DNA of 64,000 nt from a virus, in the IMG/VR virus record IMGVR_UViG_3300036863_000049, positions 4,640-68,639 of that record; one strand, 5' to 3'. Below the pieces are notes generated by a model. The model was given only the letters and a program-made list of their open reading frames with translations, searched no databases and had not been told where the DNA came from. This document shows positions 16,477-26,306 of this stretch, piece after piece. How positions within the stretch are numbered: position 1 is the stretch's first letter; each line of letters opens with the position of its first letter. Made by a program: the position numbers and the translations under genes.

Positions 16477-17163
16477 ATGATCACCCACAACGAAGAGACC
16501 GGATGGGGCTTCACCCTCGGCAAGCAACCCTACGTCGGCTATGCCAGCCGCGAAGAAGCCGCAACCGCTTTGTACGACCTGGAGCGCGGTATCATCTGCC
16601 GCGCAACCGACGCAGCCCTAGCAGGAAACACGACGGACGATGAGATCGCGATCCTCGACTGGATAGACAAGCAGGCCGCGGCCCTGCCCGGCAACGTGAT
16701 CGTCACCGCCGCCGCGCGCTATGACACGAACGACGACGCCGTGACACCGACTATCCGCCCCACACCCGCCGGCCTGGCCATCGGCTATGACAGCGACGAG
16801 GGCGGCCCCGCGGCCATCACGGAGGTCTGGCACGCATCATCCGCGCCGCTCACGATCGTGCTGACCGACGATAATGAGTTGTGGGTGCTCAGCCGCGATG
16901 AGTGGGGCAGCCCGGCCCAGATCGTCACCGTCGAACGCCTCGCTGATGCGGAGTGCCCCTGCACCGATTATCGCTGCGGCAATGTGACCCTCGAAGTCCT
17001 CGACGACCGTCACGACGATCCGGCCGGCGCCGGTCTGACCGTCTACAACTTCGGCGGCGACTGCCGCAGCCTGGCAAGCGCCGAGCAGGATGCGCGCGAT
17101 CTGCTCACGCTGCTCGGTGATGAGCGCGTCAAGGCAGCGATCGACGCCCGCATGAGTGCCTAA
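16477..17163 (+). CDS. Hypothetical protein (copy 2)
   Basis: Identical to 771-1457. Confidence 0.7.
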   Translation: MITHNEETGWGFTLGKQPYVGYASREEAATALYDLERGIICRATDAALAGNTTDDEIAILDWIDKQAAALPGNVIVTAAARYDTNDDAVTPTIRPTPAGLAIGYDSDEGGPAAITEVWHASSAPLTIVLTDDNELWVLSRDEWGSPAQIVTVERLADAECPCTDYRCGNVTLEVLDDRHDDPAGAGLTVYNFGGDCRSLASAEQDARDLLTLLGDERVKAAIDARMSA

Positions 17164-17452
17164 TCATAACCGCTACCCTACAAGGAGACAACGACCATGC
17201 TTTCGCTCACCATCCTGACCATCTCATCCGTGCTCTCGGGGTTCGCCATCGGCGTCGCGTTCGCACGCTACTACCGCCGCGCCGCCTAGCTCGTCCGTCG
17301 TCTCGCGCCCCGGTTCGCATCGTTGCAGCCGGGGCGTTCTCCTTGCCCGCTGCGCAACTTAGAGCGCAATTAGTACGTCTGTCTCATTGTCACGTGTGGT
17401 ATCATATATGTTGGATGTATTGCGCGAGCAATCACTGAGCGAAGGGATTCCA

Positions 17453-17809
17453 ATGACTACGCCGGCGCCAGAAGAGACAAACGGCGGCGATATGCCCGAA
17501 GATCTGGGGCTCGCTCTCCCGATTGAGTGGTATATTCCAGAAGGTCTTGCAACGCGCTACACGACGAATTACGTAGTTCAACATACGGAACACGAGTTCA
17601 TCATCTCTTTCTTTGAGGTACCCACACCGATCTTGCTGGGCCGGCCCGACGAGGTGCGCGACGCCGCTAAGAAAATGGAATCAGTTCGCGCTACATGTGT
17701 CGCGCGCGTGGTTATTGCCGGCGGTCGGATGCCCGATTTCGTGCGAATTCTACAGGAGAACCTGGAAACGTACCGCGCCAGATTTGGACAGGAGGAGCAC
17801 GATGAGTGA
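17453..17809 (+). CDS. DUF3467-like protein (copy 2)
   Basis: Identical to 1747-2103. Confidence 0.55.
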   Translation: MTTPAPEETNGGDMPEDLGLALPIEWYIPEGLATRYTTNYVVQHTEHEFIISFFEVPTPILLGRPDEVRDAAKKMESVRATCVARVVIAGGRMPDFVRILQENLETYRARFGQEEHDE

Positions 17810-18038
17810 GCAGGTACTTCGGCTCCAGTTTGGCACAACCCAGAGCACTGGCTATGTGGTATCACTTCGCGCGGCCGTACGCGCAACAACAGCCTTATGG
17901 GATCTCGAGGAGGCATCAGAGCGCCGCTGGCAGGAGACTTTCGCGGCCTCCCAAGACTTTCTAGCAGAACTAGGGGACAAGGCGCTCGCCGACTTTTTGG
18001 CGGGTAATACAGAAGTCCTCGATCCCGATAACTTGTGA
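17802..18038 (+). CDS. Putative antitoxin (copy 2)
   Basis: Identical to 2096-2332. Confidence 0.65.
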   Translation: MSEQVLRLQFGTTQSTGYVVSLRAAVRATTALWDLEEASERRWQETFAASQDFLAELGDKALADFLAGNTEVLDPDNL

Positions 18039-18298
18039 TCTCGCATATCACCTCGGATTTTCGCGCCGCCTTTGCGCGGCTGCCTGAGCACGTGCGGCGG
18101 CAGGCACGTGCTGCCTACCATCTATTTTGTCAGGACCCCCATCATCCCAGCTTACAATTTAAGTCGATAGTACCCTCTATCTACTCAGTGCGTATTGGCC
18201 CGCATTACCGCGCCCTTGGAAAACGCCGTGAAGATACCATTATTTGGTATTGGATCGGTTCGCATGCCGATTATGACCGCCTCTGGAAACGCCAATAA
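18035..18298 (+). CDS. RelE/ParE-superfamily toxin (copy 2)
   Basis: Identical to 2329-2592. Confidence 0.8.
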   Translation: MISHITSDFRAAFARLPEHVRRQARAAYHLFCQDPHHPSLQFKSIVPSIYSVRIGPHYRALGKRREDTIIWYWIGSHADYDRLWKRQ

Positions 18299-18474
18299 AA
18301 TGGAGCGCACCGCCCCGCCCCCGCCCGCAACAATCCCCCCGCTCGCACCACGCGGCCGGGGGATTTGCTTTGTGTGTCGAAGCAACGACGCCACAGGAGC
18401 CATTCTGCCGATCTCGGCGTACCAGGACAGCGCTCCGACCGTCGCAGCGGGCAGGCTGGGGCGCTCATAGCCGC

Positions 18475-19629
18475 TCATGCGCTCAGCCGCGCGAGTAGCG
18501 CATCAACACTGTCACTCGCCGCCGGCTCCAACGTCACACCAATGCGATCGCCACTCACTGAGCACGTCACCCGCTCGACGTACTGGCGTGTCGCCGCATC
18601 ATAGGCGGTTGAAACGGGGCTGGCATCAAGAAGCCCGATCTCCTGGTACATCGTATCGGGCCGGACCTCCCACGGCGGAACCAAACTGCCATCTGGTGTG
18701 TAGACCGCATGGCTTCCGAGCGGCGAAACATAGGTAGGGATGGCAGGCGTCGCGCCAGCCCACTTACGGAACGTGAGCAGCCGCCCCTCCAGGCACATCA
18801 GCACCCAGCGATCAACGCCGTCCCCCTGTGCGACCAGCGCTTCGATCTTATCCTGGTATGGCGTGAGTGGTGCGATATACTCCGTATCACTTACCCCCGT
18901 TGCTCCGATCTGTGCCGTTGACGTGCTGAGGAATGCGTTCGTCACGCCGATGCCGACGCCGGAGGCCGCGATGAGCGCACCGATCTGCGTATTCGTCGCC
19001 GTAAACGTCGTGCTGGTGCGGCTGGTGAGCACCCAGCCGAGCGTTGCGTACCAGCCGCGGAAGAGCAGATCCACGCGCACATCACCGCCGGCCCCCGTCG
19101 CGATCTCGGTACTCGGCGTCTGCGGCGGATTTTTGTACTTGGCGAGCACTTGCGTGGCCGCGTTCGTCGCCGCTGTTAAGGATGAGCCGCCGAGCGCGAC
19201 GACGAGCTGCTTTGTCCCATAGGTCGCGATGCTCGAGGCGTCACTAACAACGCTCGCAGTCGTTCCAATGCCCTGATCATCTGAGTAGCGCGGGCGAATG
19301 GAGTTGTACATTTTCTCCAGGCTGATGCTGCGCTTCCGCCCGCCGAGTGAGATGCTGATCTCGGACAAATACCCTTCCCAGATCGTCTCCGTATCCGGCC
19401 CGGTCACGACCGTCGAGCGCATCAGCCAGTTGTTGAAGATGTCGATCGCCTCGTCTAAGTCGGCGGCGAACGATGTGCGCATTGACTCGAAGCCGCCGCG
19501 AGAGGCGATCGTGTGCTCGTAGCTCTCCGCGCGGCTGGCCAGGTTGATGCCGGTAGGCGTGGTGCCCGGTACGCCCGCCGCGCCTCTTTCCGTTAATGGG
19601 ATAGAGACGCCGATCTCAGTCAGTAGCAC
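18475..19629 (-). CDS. Tail-tip hub (Tal-like) protein, chimeric helper-N/satellite-C allele
   Basis: C-terminal part identical to 2769-3632; N-terminal part diverged. Confidence 0.7.
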   Translation of the reverse strand: MLLTEIGVSIPLTERGAAGVPGTTPTGINLASRAESYEHTIASRGGFESMRTSFAADLDEAIDIFNNWLMRSTVVTGPDTETIWEGYLSEISISLGGRKRSISLEKMYNSIRPRYSDDQGIGTTASVVSDASSIATYGTKQLVVALGGSSLTAATNAATQVLAKYKNPPQTPSTEIATGAGGDVRVDLLFRGWYATLGWVLTSRTSTTFTATNTQIGALIAASGVGIGVTNAFLSTSTAQIGATGVSDTEYIAPLTPYQDKIEALVAQGDGVDRWVLMCLEGRLLTFRKWAGATPAIPTYVSPLGSHAVYTPDGSLVPPWEVRPDTMYQEIGLLDASPVSTAYDAATRQYVERVTCSVSGDRIGVTLEPAASDSVDALLARLSA

Positions 19630-19680
19630 TGTTGCAACCTTTGTGTGCTATGATGCGTATACAGCAACAAGGAGGTCTTT

Positions 19681-20100
19681 ATGCGTCACACCATGCTTCT
19701 CCTCATCGCCGCTGTCGCACTCTTGTCCACCGCTCCGCCCGCGCGGGCGGATGGCGATGCGGTTACGGCGGCGCAGACCGTGCAAGGCGGCAACTACCAC
19801 GTGACCGCGCACACCGGCAGCGGCTTTGCGCAGTTCGCCTTCGCCGTCGATGACCGCACGACGATCGCATCCTATACGGTCGATCCGGGCGCGGACTGCA
19901 CCCAGGTTGACGCGCATCGGCTTTCGTGTGCGGTGTCCGGCGACGAGATACAAGCCGATGTCGCGATCCAGCTCGGCGGGTGCGTGGTCCGTGATGTCAG
20001 GTCTACCCTGCTGGCGACTGACGCCGAGGCCCAGGCCGCCGTGGTGTTTCTCACCGCACGCCTCGGTAGCCCGTGCTATGTCCCGATCGTTTTCCAGTAA
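19681..20100 (+). CDS. Secreted moron protein with C-terminal YVPIV motif
   Basis: Signal peptide MRHTMLLLIAAVALLSTAPPARA; RBS AAGGAGG; antisense to the tail operon. Confidence 0.7.
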   Translation: MRHTMLLLIAAVALLSTAPPARADGDAVTAAQTVQGGNYHVTAHTGSGFAQFAFAVDDRTTIASYTVDPGADCTQVDAHRLSCAVSGDEIQADVAIQLGGCVVRDVRSTLLATDAEAQAAVVFLTARLGSPCYVPIVFQ

Positions 20101-21456
20101 TTATCCCGACCCACGCAGCGTCTTATAGAGTGGCGCGTGTGTGACGGTGACCACCGTGGTATCGGTTTTCAGATGCGCCCACGATGTTGCGGTCATCCAT
20201 GCGACATATAAACTCGCGCCGGTAATGCCGACCGGCAGTCGACCGGCGTAGTAATCCACCGCCTGCGGCTTGTTATCCGCTGTGGTGATGTTCTGAACCA
20301 GTGGGGGATTCTGCGGCAGCCATACCGATCCGTTGCGGTTCTGCGCTGTGATCGTTTGGAGCGCTTGCCCGGAAGGTATCGTGGTCTGGTAGGGTGTCAG
20401 CTTGGACCATGTGTAATACAGGCACACCTCGATATAGTCGAGGGTCACCCCTACTGAGGTCGTGCCATCGGCCGATATAATATCAAATTGCAATTTCAGA
20501 TCGACCGTCGTCGGAAGCGGCGTCTGAAAGACGAGGGGCGATAGGTAGCCAAGGTCCACGAGATTCGCCGCCGAGATATTCTGCACGAGCACCCACGGCC
20601 CGAACACCTGGCGGCTCATTGTGGCGTAGCGCATGAGACACGCCTGGCCGTTCGTGACGGCCGACGTATGCGCGAGGATGCGGATATTCAGTCGCGGATC
20701 GGTCCGTATCGTCGTGATGTCAATCGCGCTCGGTTCAGGACTTAGCGTCTGTAGGCTAATTCCCGATCCCGTGCCGGTGTTGGCCTGGTACGTTCGCTGG
20801 GCGACGACCCCGAGGTAGACATCGATGAGCGTGGTTGTCGTCGGCCTGCCAAACTTCACATTGAGCGGCGATCCCTCATCGCGCAAGTCGCCCGTGAGAC
20901 TGCCCAAGCTCTGGGTATTATTGTTCGCGCCGGTGCCGGTGTTCGTGAAGGTTGCTGCGTTAATCAGCGTCGTCAGGCTTGCCGCCCCAAAGAACGGGTA
21001 GCGTGTGAGGATGAGTTCGGCGTCAATATCTGTCCAACCCTCCCACGCCTCAAAGCCGCTTTCTGTTTCCGTCACCTCGCGCACAAACCCGCTATAGATC
21101 TCGGTGTACATGATTGTGCTGCTGCCGGTCGGCTGCACCGCCATCACTGCCGGTTGCGGCGTCAGCGCGAGCTTCAGTTCTTGCAGACGTGTAACTGCGT
21201 TCTCATGGTCCGAGCCGCGCACACTGATCGGGATACGTTCAACCACATTATCATAGCTGGAGTACGCGAGCCGCCGACCTGGGGTAAACGGCGGGCCGCC
21301 GCCCCAGACCGGCTGTGGCTCGGGCGCGTTCAGCGACCAGCCTCGCCGGATAGCGAACGGCGTGGTACTCGCTGCCGTCGCTGCGCCGCCTGCTGTGGGC
21401 GTGCCGCTGCTATTGACCAGGTGGATGCCGCCGATCGTGACGATAGGGAGCGCCAT
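20101..21456 (-). CDS. Distal tail (Dit-like) protein
   Basis: Immediately after the tape measure; beta-rich, Thr/Gly-rich. Confidence 0.7.
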   Translation of the reverse strand: MALPIVTIGGIHLVNSSGTPTAGGAATAASTTPFAIRRGWSLNAPEPQPVWGGGPPFTPGRRLAYSSYDNVVERIPISVRGSDHENAVTRLQELKLALTPQPAVMAVQPTGSSTIMYTEIYSGFVREVTETESGFEAWEGWTDIDAELILTRYPFFGAASLTTLINAATFTNTGTGANNNTQSLGSLTGDLRDEGSPLNVKFGRPTTTTLIDVYLGVVAQRTYQANTGTGSGISLQTLSPEPSAIDITTIRTDPRLNIRILAHTSAVTNGQACLMRYATMSRQVFGPWVLVQNISAANLVDLGYLSPLVFQTPLPTTVDLKLQFDIISADGTTSVGVTLDYIEVCLYYTWSKLTPYQTTIPSGQALQTITAQNRNGSVWLPQNPPLVQNITTADNKPQAVDYYAGRLPVGITGASLYVAWMTATSWAHLKTDTTVVTVTHAPLYKTLRGSG

Positions 21457-24296
21457 TAGAGGCGCCCTCCCGTGCGGCGCCGGATCTCATCCATGACCAT
21501 CTGCGCGATCTGCTGTGGGTTCGTGCCCATCGGTGGATTGATGACGATCGCCCCGGCTCCGAACGTCGCGCCGCCCTTACCCGCAAGCGCCAGCCCGCCC
21601 GCGTTCGGCGACGGCTCACCCGCGCGGAAGCCGTTTCCACCGCTCCCAGCACCAGACCAGCCGCCCGCGCCGGTTGCGGCGTTCAATTGCGCCAGAAGCT
21701 GATAGAGCATATTGAATGCGGCCTGCGCCGCCGGCGAGGTCTCGTCAGTGATCGTGATGGCATCCAGGAGTGCTTGAATCTGCCCCACCAGCCCGCTTGT
21801 GCCGGAGGTCGCGGTGGATGCGCGCTGAGCGGCGCCTTGCTGCTCAGCGGCCTGTGCCTCGTTGATATAATTGATCTGCTGCGCGAGCGAAGCGGCTTTC
21901 GCGTCATCCCCCGCGGCTTGCGCGGCGTTGAAGTCTTGCTGTAGCTTCGCCAGTTCGAGGATCTGACTAGAGCGCATCTTGAAGTATTTCGCCGCCTCTA
22001 CCGGGTCTTGGATCTTGTCGGTCTCCTCCTTTGCCAATGCGAGCGCATTCTGCACACCGCTCTGCATATCTGCCGCTAGTTTACTGACAGCATCGATGTT
22101 GCGCGCTGCCTGGCGATCGATCGATGCCGTTGCGTCAAAGGCGCCGGCTAAGGCATCCGAGACCTTTGCGGCCATGTCCTGCGCCTGTTGCACGAGGTCG
22201 GTGCCCATCCCCGCGAGCGCGGCTACAAGATCTGGCCAGAGTGACTGAAGCCCCTCGAGGATACCGAGCACCAGCGGAGTGCCTACGGCATCGGCCCACA
22301 CCTGACTCGGCGAGCTGATACCCCACGCATCCTCGATCGTGTGGGTTAGCTGCTTGGCCATGTCCTCGGCCTGACTGAGCAAGTCACCGAACGCCGATTC
22401 CATCCCTTCCTGTAGTCCACCGATCAGCAGCTCGCCGAGACCTGATGCCGGGTCAACCGCGCCCTCTTGAAAGGCGCCACTGAGATCGAGACCGGTCTGA
22501 TCCATCGCCCTCGTAAGGAGGTCACTCGCCATGCTTATCCCGGCGACAATACCCTCGATGATTGGACGCCCAACCTCGATCGCCATCCGCCGCGAGGGAG
22601 ACGAGATGCCGAGCGACTCCTTTGCCGCGTTCAGCGCGTCCGTGGCGATGTCCGAGAGCGCACTATAGAGTTGCCCGGCGGCGTTATTGACCCCCTGAAT
22701 AATGCCGTTGATGATGTCAGCGCCTATCTGGACCATCTGCCCCGGCAACGCCTCCAGCACGCCGACGATCTGCCCGGCGACGGTCTCGGTAATACTGACC
22801 AGGTTGTTAAAATTACTTACCCAGGTTGATGCGATTTCAGAGAGTGTCGTCCCGAACAGGCCCGCGATCATACTCAGGAAGCCGCCGATCGCGCTCCCGA
22901 TCTGTGAGACGAACGACGCCGACATGCCTTGAATGGTTGACCAGGCACCGGACCAATCGCCCTGGATGGCTTGCAACGCCGCAGTCAGCAGCCCCTTGAT
23001 GAGCGTCAGCGCCGCGCCGATGACGTTGCTGATGACCGTCCACGCGCCAGAGAGGATATTCTGAATATCGGCGCCGTGAGCCTGGATAAATCCGGCGATG
23101 GCTTGCAGCGCGGGCACGATCGTCGCCTGGATGAGCTGCATCGCGAGGCTAATGATCTCGCTGATTTGCGACCATGCCGACTGTGCAAAGGCCGTAATTT
23201 CGGCGCCGTGAGCCTGCCAGAACTGCGCAACAACTTGCAACTCGGCGGCGACAACCTGGGCATAGGCCTGTGCGAGTGCGATAACGGTCTGTATTACCGT
23301 CTCGATCGTTGCCCCCATCCCCGATGCACTGTCCCCCGCCTGGGTAAACAGCCCCGAGACGGTCTCGATCGCCGGTTGCAACGCGGCCCACGCTGCGAGC
23401 AAGGCCGGGATCGCGGTGTTGGCAATGAAGTCGAACGCCACGCCGATGCCGGTGGTTATCGCATCGCCGATCGCCTGTAGCCCTGCCTGCGTTGCGGGGT
23501 CGGCAAGCCAGGCGGCGAACGCGGCAGCGGCGGCCTCAACTGCTGGCGCGACGGTATCGTTCAGAAAGCCCGCGAGCTGGCCCAGAAGCGGCAGAAGCGC
23601 TGTACCAAGCGCTTCTTTGGCCTCACCCAAGCGGTCGGTGAATTGTGCCCAGCCGCCATCCGCTTTCGCGGCGGCTTCTGCTGAGCCGCCGAACTCTTTA
23701 TTCAGCTCGGCAAGGATGACGCCCTGAGCGCCGGCCACGTCGCCAGCCTCTTGCATCGTCTGGATCTGCGCCTTTTGCTCATCGGTGAACGTCACACCGA
23801 TACGGGTCAATGCTGATATGCCCTTGATTGGGTCATTTAATGCCTTACCGAGCTGAATGGCGGCGTCCTTCGGCTCACCGCCCATCGCCTGGGCCAGATC
23901 CACGCTCATCGCCGTCGCTGCCTCAAGCGATTTGCCTTTAATATTCGTAAAGGTTAAAAGAAGGTTTTCAGACTGCTCAATTTGATCGTCGCCAAAGAGC
24001 GACTTACCAGAAGCCGCCGACAGGCTACTCGCGTAGTCAGCGACTTGCTGCGCGCTGACACCCGCCGCGCCGCCCGTCGACTTGATGACCGCCTCGGTCT
24101 GCGCAAAGATTTGCCGCGCCTGTCGCGCGTCGCCTACGGCGCTGATGAGCGTGGCACCGACTGCCGCGATGCCGCCCGCGGCCACACCCAACGCAACCCC
24201 GCCCAGGCTCTTGAGCGTGCCGCCTAAAGAAGAGAGACCCTTTTCCGCGTCTCCCTTCATCTCCACGAGTAATTCAAGCGTCGCCTGGGATGCCAT
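21456..24296 (-). CDS. Tail tape measure protein
   Basis: 946 aa, Ala-rich, LGKALNDPIKGISAL, periodic W/F residues; follows the chaperones. Confidence 0.92.
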   Translation of the reverse strand: MASQATLELLVEMKGDAEKGLSSLGGTLKSLGGVALGVAAGGIAAVGATLISAVGDARQARQIFAQTEAVIKSTGGAAGVSAQQVADYASSLSAASGKSLFGDDQIEQSENLLLTFTNIKGKSLEAATAMSVDLAQAMGGEPKDAAIQLGKALNDPIKGISALTRIGVTFTDEQKAQIQTMQEAGDVAGAQGVILAELNKEFGGSAEAAAKADGGWAQFTDRLGEAKEALGTALLPLLGQLAGFLNDTVAPAVEAAAAAFAAWLADPATQAGLQAIGDAITTGIGVAFDFIANTAIPALLAAWAALQPAIETVSGLFTQAGDSASGMGATIETVIQTVIALAQAYAQVVAAELQVVAQFWQAHGAEITAFAQSAWSQISEIISLAMQLIQATIVPALQAIAGFIQAHGADIQNILSGAWTVISNVIGAALTLIKGLLTAALQAIQGDWSGAWSTIQGMSASFVSQIGSAIGGFLSMIAGLFGTTLSEIASTWVSNFNNLVSITETVAGQIVGVLEALPGQMVQIGADIINGIIQGVNNAAGQLYSALSDIATDALNAAKESLGISSPSRRMAIEVGRPIIEGIVAGISMASDLLTRAMDQTGLDLSGAFQEGAVDPASGLGELLIGGLQEGMESAFGDLLSQAEDMAKQLTHTIEDAWGISSPSQVWADAVGTPLVLGILEGLQSLWPDLVAALAGMGTDLVQQAQDMAAKVSDALAGAFDATASIDRQAARNIDAVSKLAADMQSGVQNALALAKEETDKIQDPVEAAKYFKMRSSQILELAKLQQDFNAAQAAGDDAKAASLAQQINYINEAQAAEQQGAAQRASTATSGTSGLVGQIQALLDAITITDETSPAAQAAFNMLYQLLAQLNAATGAGGWSGAGSGGNGFRAGEPSPNAGGLALAGKGGATFGAGAIVINPPMGTNPQQIAQMVMDEIRRRTGGRL

Positions 24297-24300
24297 CCGG

Positions 24301-24543
24301 CTACTCTTCCACCTGCTGATGGTCTTGTTCGGCCTTGAGGCTAACCAGCAGTTCTTCTACGAAGTCGGGATCTAATCGTCCGACTTGTTCCGGCGTCCAG
24401 CCATAGCGCTTTGCAAGGGAGACTTCCAATTCCCAGTCGCCAATTGGAGGCTCTGGCTTTCGCCGTCGGGTGCTGGGCTTCCGTCCGAGACGACTGCGCC
24501 AGCGTTCGTAGAGCCACTGTTCGTAGCTGACCCCTCTTTTGGG
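24301..24543 (-). CDS. Tail assembly chaperone frameshift extension (GT-like)
   Basis: -1 frame entered at C-CCA-AAA; LAKRYGWTPEQVGRL motif. Confidence 0.7.
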   Translation of the reverse strand, partial: PKRGVSYEQWLYERWRSRLGRKPSTRRRKPEPPIGDWELEVSLAKRYGWTPEQVGRLDPDFVEELLVSLKAEQDHQQVEE

Positions 24544-24911
24544 CTTGCTCGTTTCGCGTTGCGCTCGCCGATCTCGTCCAGGATGCGCTCGATAAACGGG
24601 TCGTTCGTATCGAGCTTCTTGATGTTCTCCGGCGAACACGGGATCGCCCTGCCCATCTCGTCCACGAAGTCTGGGCCTTCCCAGCGAATGATGTTGTGCA
24701 GCAGCAGCGCGAGGTTATTGTTGCCGAGGTGCCCCTCCACACCCTGCCCGTTCTCGCCGAGTTTGAGCAGTTCGCCCGACACCTTGCCGCGCGTGGCTAC
24801 GTCCATGCGCGCCTTGATCCACACGACGTTCGGCGGCTTGTCGCTGACGACCTCGGTTTCATCAAACTCGCGGATGGCGACGGGCGGATCGGTGACAAAG
24901 AACCTTGACAT
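24372..24911 (-). CDS. Tail assembly chaperone
   Basis: Between tube and tape measure; IIRWEG motif. Confidence 0.75.
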   Translation of the reverse strand: MSRFFVTDPPVAIREFDETEVVSDKPPNVVWIKARMDVATRGKVSGELLKLGENGQGVEGHLGNNNLALLLHNIIRWEGPDFVDEMGRAIPCSPENIKKLDTNDPFIERILDEIGERNAKRASPKEGSATNSGSTNAGAVVSDGSPAPDGESQSLQLATGNWKSPLQSAMAGRRNKSDD

Positions 24912-25077
24912 AGCTATTCCTCTTCCTTGATATGCAACTCACCACCGCCGATCCGAACCGCTAGCCTGATCAGCGCCTTAATAAGCCATAGCCGCACGCG
25001 ATACCCGCCAGTAAAATGCACCGTCACAACGGCGTGCGCGAGCGGGTGCGTAAGTTTGACTTTGCCGATTTGTGCCA

Positions 25078-26100
25078 TTACAGCGTGGTCCTCGTGTTCT
25101 GCGCACTCAGGCTGAAGTCCGCTCCTAATGTCGCGTCGTACTGGCTCTCCACGGTGAACTGCATCGTTCGATTGGAGCCTTCCACATCGCCCCAATCGAA
25201 GGCATCCAGCGGGCCATAGATGTCGAGCTGGACGTAGCTGTAATAGTCCGGCGTGACGCTCTCGATCAGACTGCCATTCAGCCGGATGCGCATCTTGACC
25301 GTGGTATCGGCCTCCCACGTCAGATACTCCTTGCCCGCGCCGATCGACGCGGTATTCAACTCCACCACGATCGTCGCCATCGCGCTGCGCGTGGTACGCC
25401 CGGTCGTGGTGAGCGAGAGACTACCGGTTGGCCCATTGGCGTAATACTTGTAGGTGACGCCCGCCGGGATCGTCCAGTCGGTCTTGATGAAGCGCCCGGT
25501 CACCTCAGTCGTGCCGATCGCCGACGCCGTATCGATCCAGAGCTGCATCGCGCCCGGCATCAGCAGATCGCCAATGGACTGCGCGGGCAGACTGGGCGCG
25601 GCCACGCGCGTCGGGAACTTGCCGGTCGCGGTGAAACTCCACGTTGCCGCATCGGTACCACTCGCATCGGCGGCGATCTTCAGTTCCGTCCCCATCGTGT
25701 AGGCCGACTGGAAAATCTGGACGTTCGGATCGCCAAAGTAGCAGGTGGCCGACTTCAGGTCGTCCGAGGTCATCGTCGGCGTGTACGTCCAAAGCCGCGT
25801 CAATATCCCGTTCGTCGGCGTGGTCGGCGTGCTGTTGGCCTTGACCATCAGGTTTGCAATCAGCGGCAGATAGTTCGGGTCTAGCCCGCCCTCGCCGCTC
25901 AGTTCCGCCGACGTACGCACGGTCTTCGAGCGGTAATTGCGCGCGAGCGTGCCTCGGCTCTCCTCTGGCCGATATTTCTGACGCACCGGCTTGATCATGC
26001 CTTTGACGGGCAGGTAGTGCGTGGGCGGCGTGACGGCGGTGCCGCGCGTGGTCTCTAACGCCAAAGCGAGATATTCGAACGTGAGTTCAGCAGATGCCAT
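25078..26100 (-). CDS. Major tail tube protein
   Basis: ALETTRGTAVTP N-terminus; size and position. Confidence 0.8.
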   Translation of the reverse strand: MASAELTFEYLALALETTRGTAVTPPTHYLPVKGMIKPVRQKYRPEESRGTLARNYRSKTVRTSAELSGEGGLDPNYLPLIANLMVKANSTPTTPTNGILTRLWTYTPTMTSDDLKSATCYFGDPNVQIFQSAYTMGTELKIAADASGTDAATWSFTATGKFPTRVAAPSLPAQSIGDLLMPGAMQLWIDTASAIGTTEVTGRFIKTDWTIPAGVTYKYYANGPTGSLSLTTTGRTTRSAMATIVVELNTASIGAGKEYLTWEADTTVKMRIRLNGSLIESVTPDYYSYVQLDIYGPLDAFDWGDVEGSNRTMQFTVESQYDATLGADFSLSAQNTRTTL

Positions 26101-26105
26101 AGCGG

Positions 26106-26306
26106 TTACTCCTTGTCAGGCTTGGATGTGGGCCTAGCTTGTTCGGCCGGCTTACTCTTGCGGTAAAAGCCACAGGCATCGATGCTCAGTTGCAGCCACA
26201 CCGGATAAGCGTCGAATGCTTCCTGCTCGATGTCCCTGAGCGGCACGCCAGGCAGGTACACGCCCTCGGGGTTCTTCGTCTCGTCGTAGTGTCGTGCAAT
26301 GGTCAT
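26106..26306 (-). CDS. Small virion-module protein
   Basis: LPGVPLRDI motif; operon packing. Confidence 0.55.
   Translation of the reverse strand: MTIARHYDETKNPEGVYLPGVPLRDIEQEAFDAYPVWLQLSIDACGFYRKSKPAEQARPTSKPDKE

Larger units (their letters stand above)
15707..19338 (+). repeat. Direct repeat copy 2 (start of a second satellite unit)
   Basis: Matches 1-3632. Confidence 0.95.

Noticed and set aside
1-19338. Long terminal repeat of a single phage
   Set aside because: The interval has its own integrase, origin, primase and switch, duplicating the helper's; offsets fit two separate circles better.
2769-21456. Invertase/shufflon tail switching
   Set aside because: All copies are in direct orientation, with no serine invertase or inverted crossover sites.
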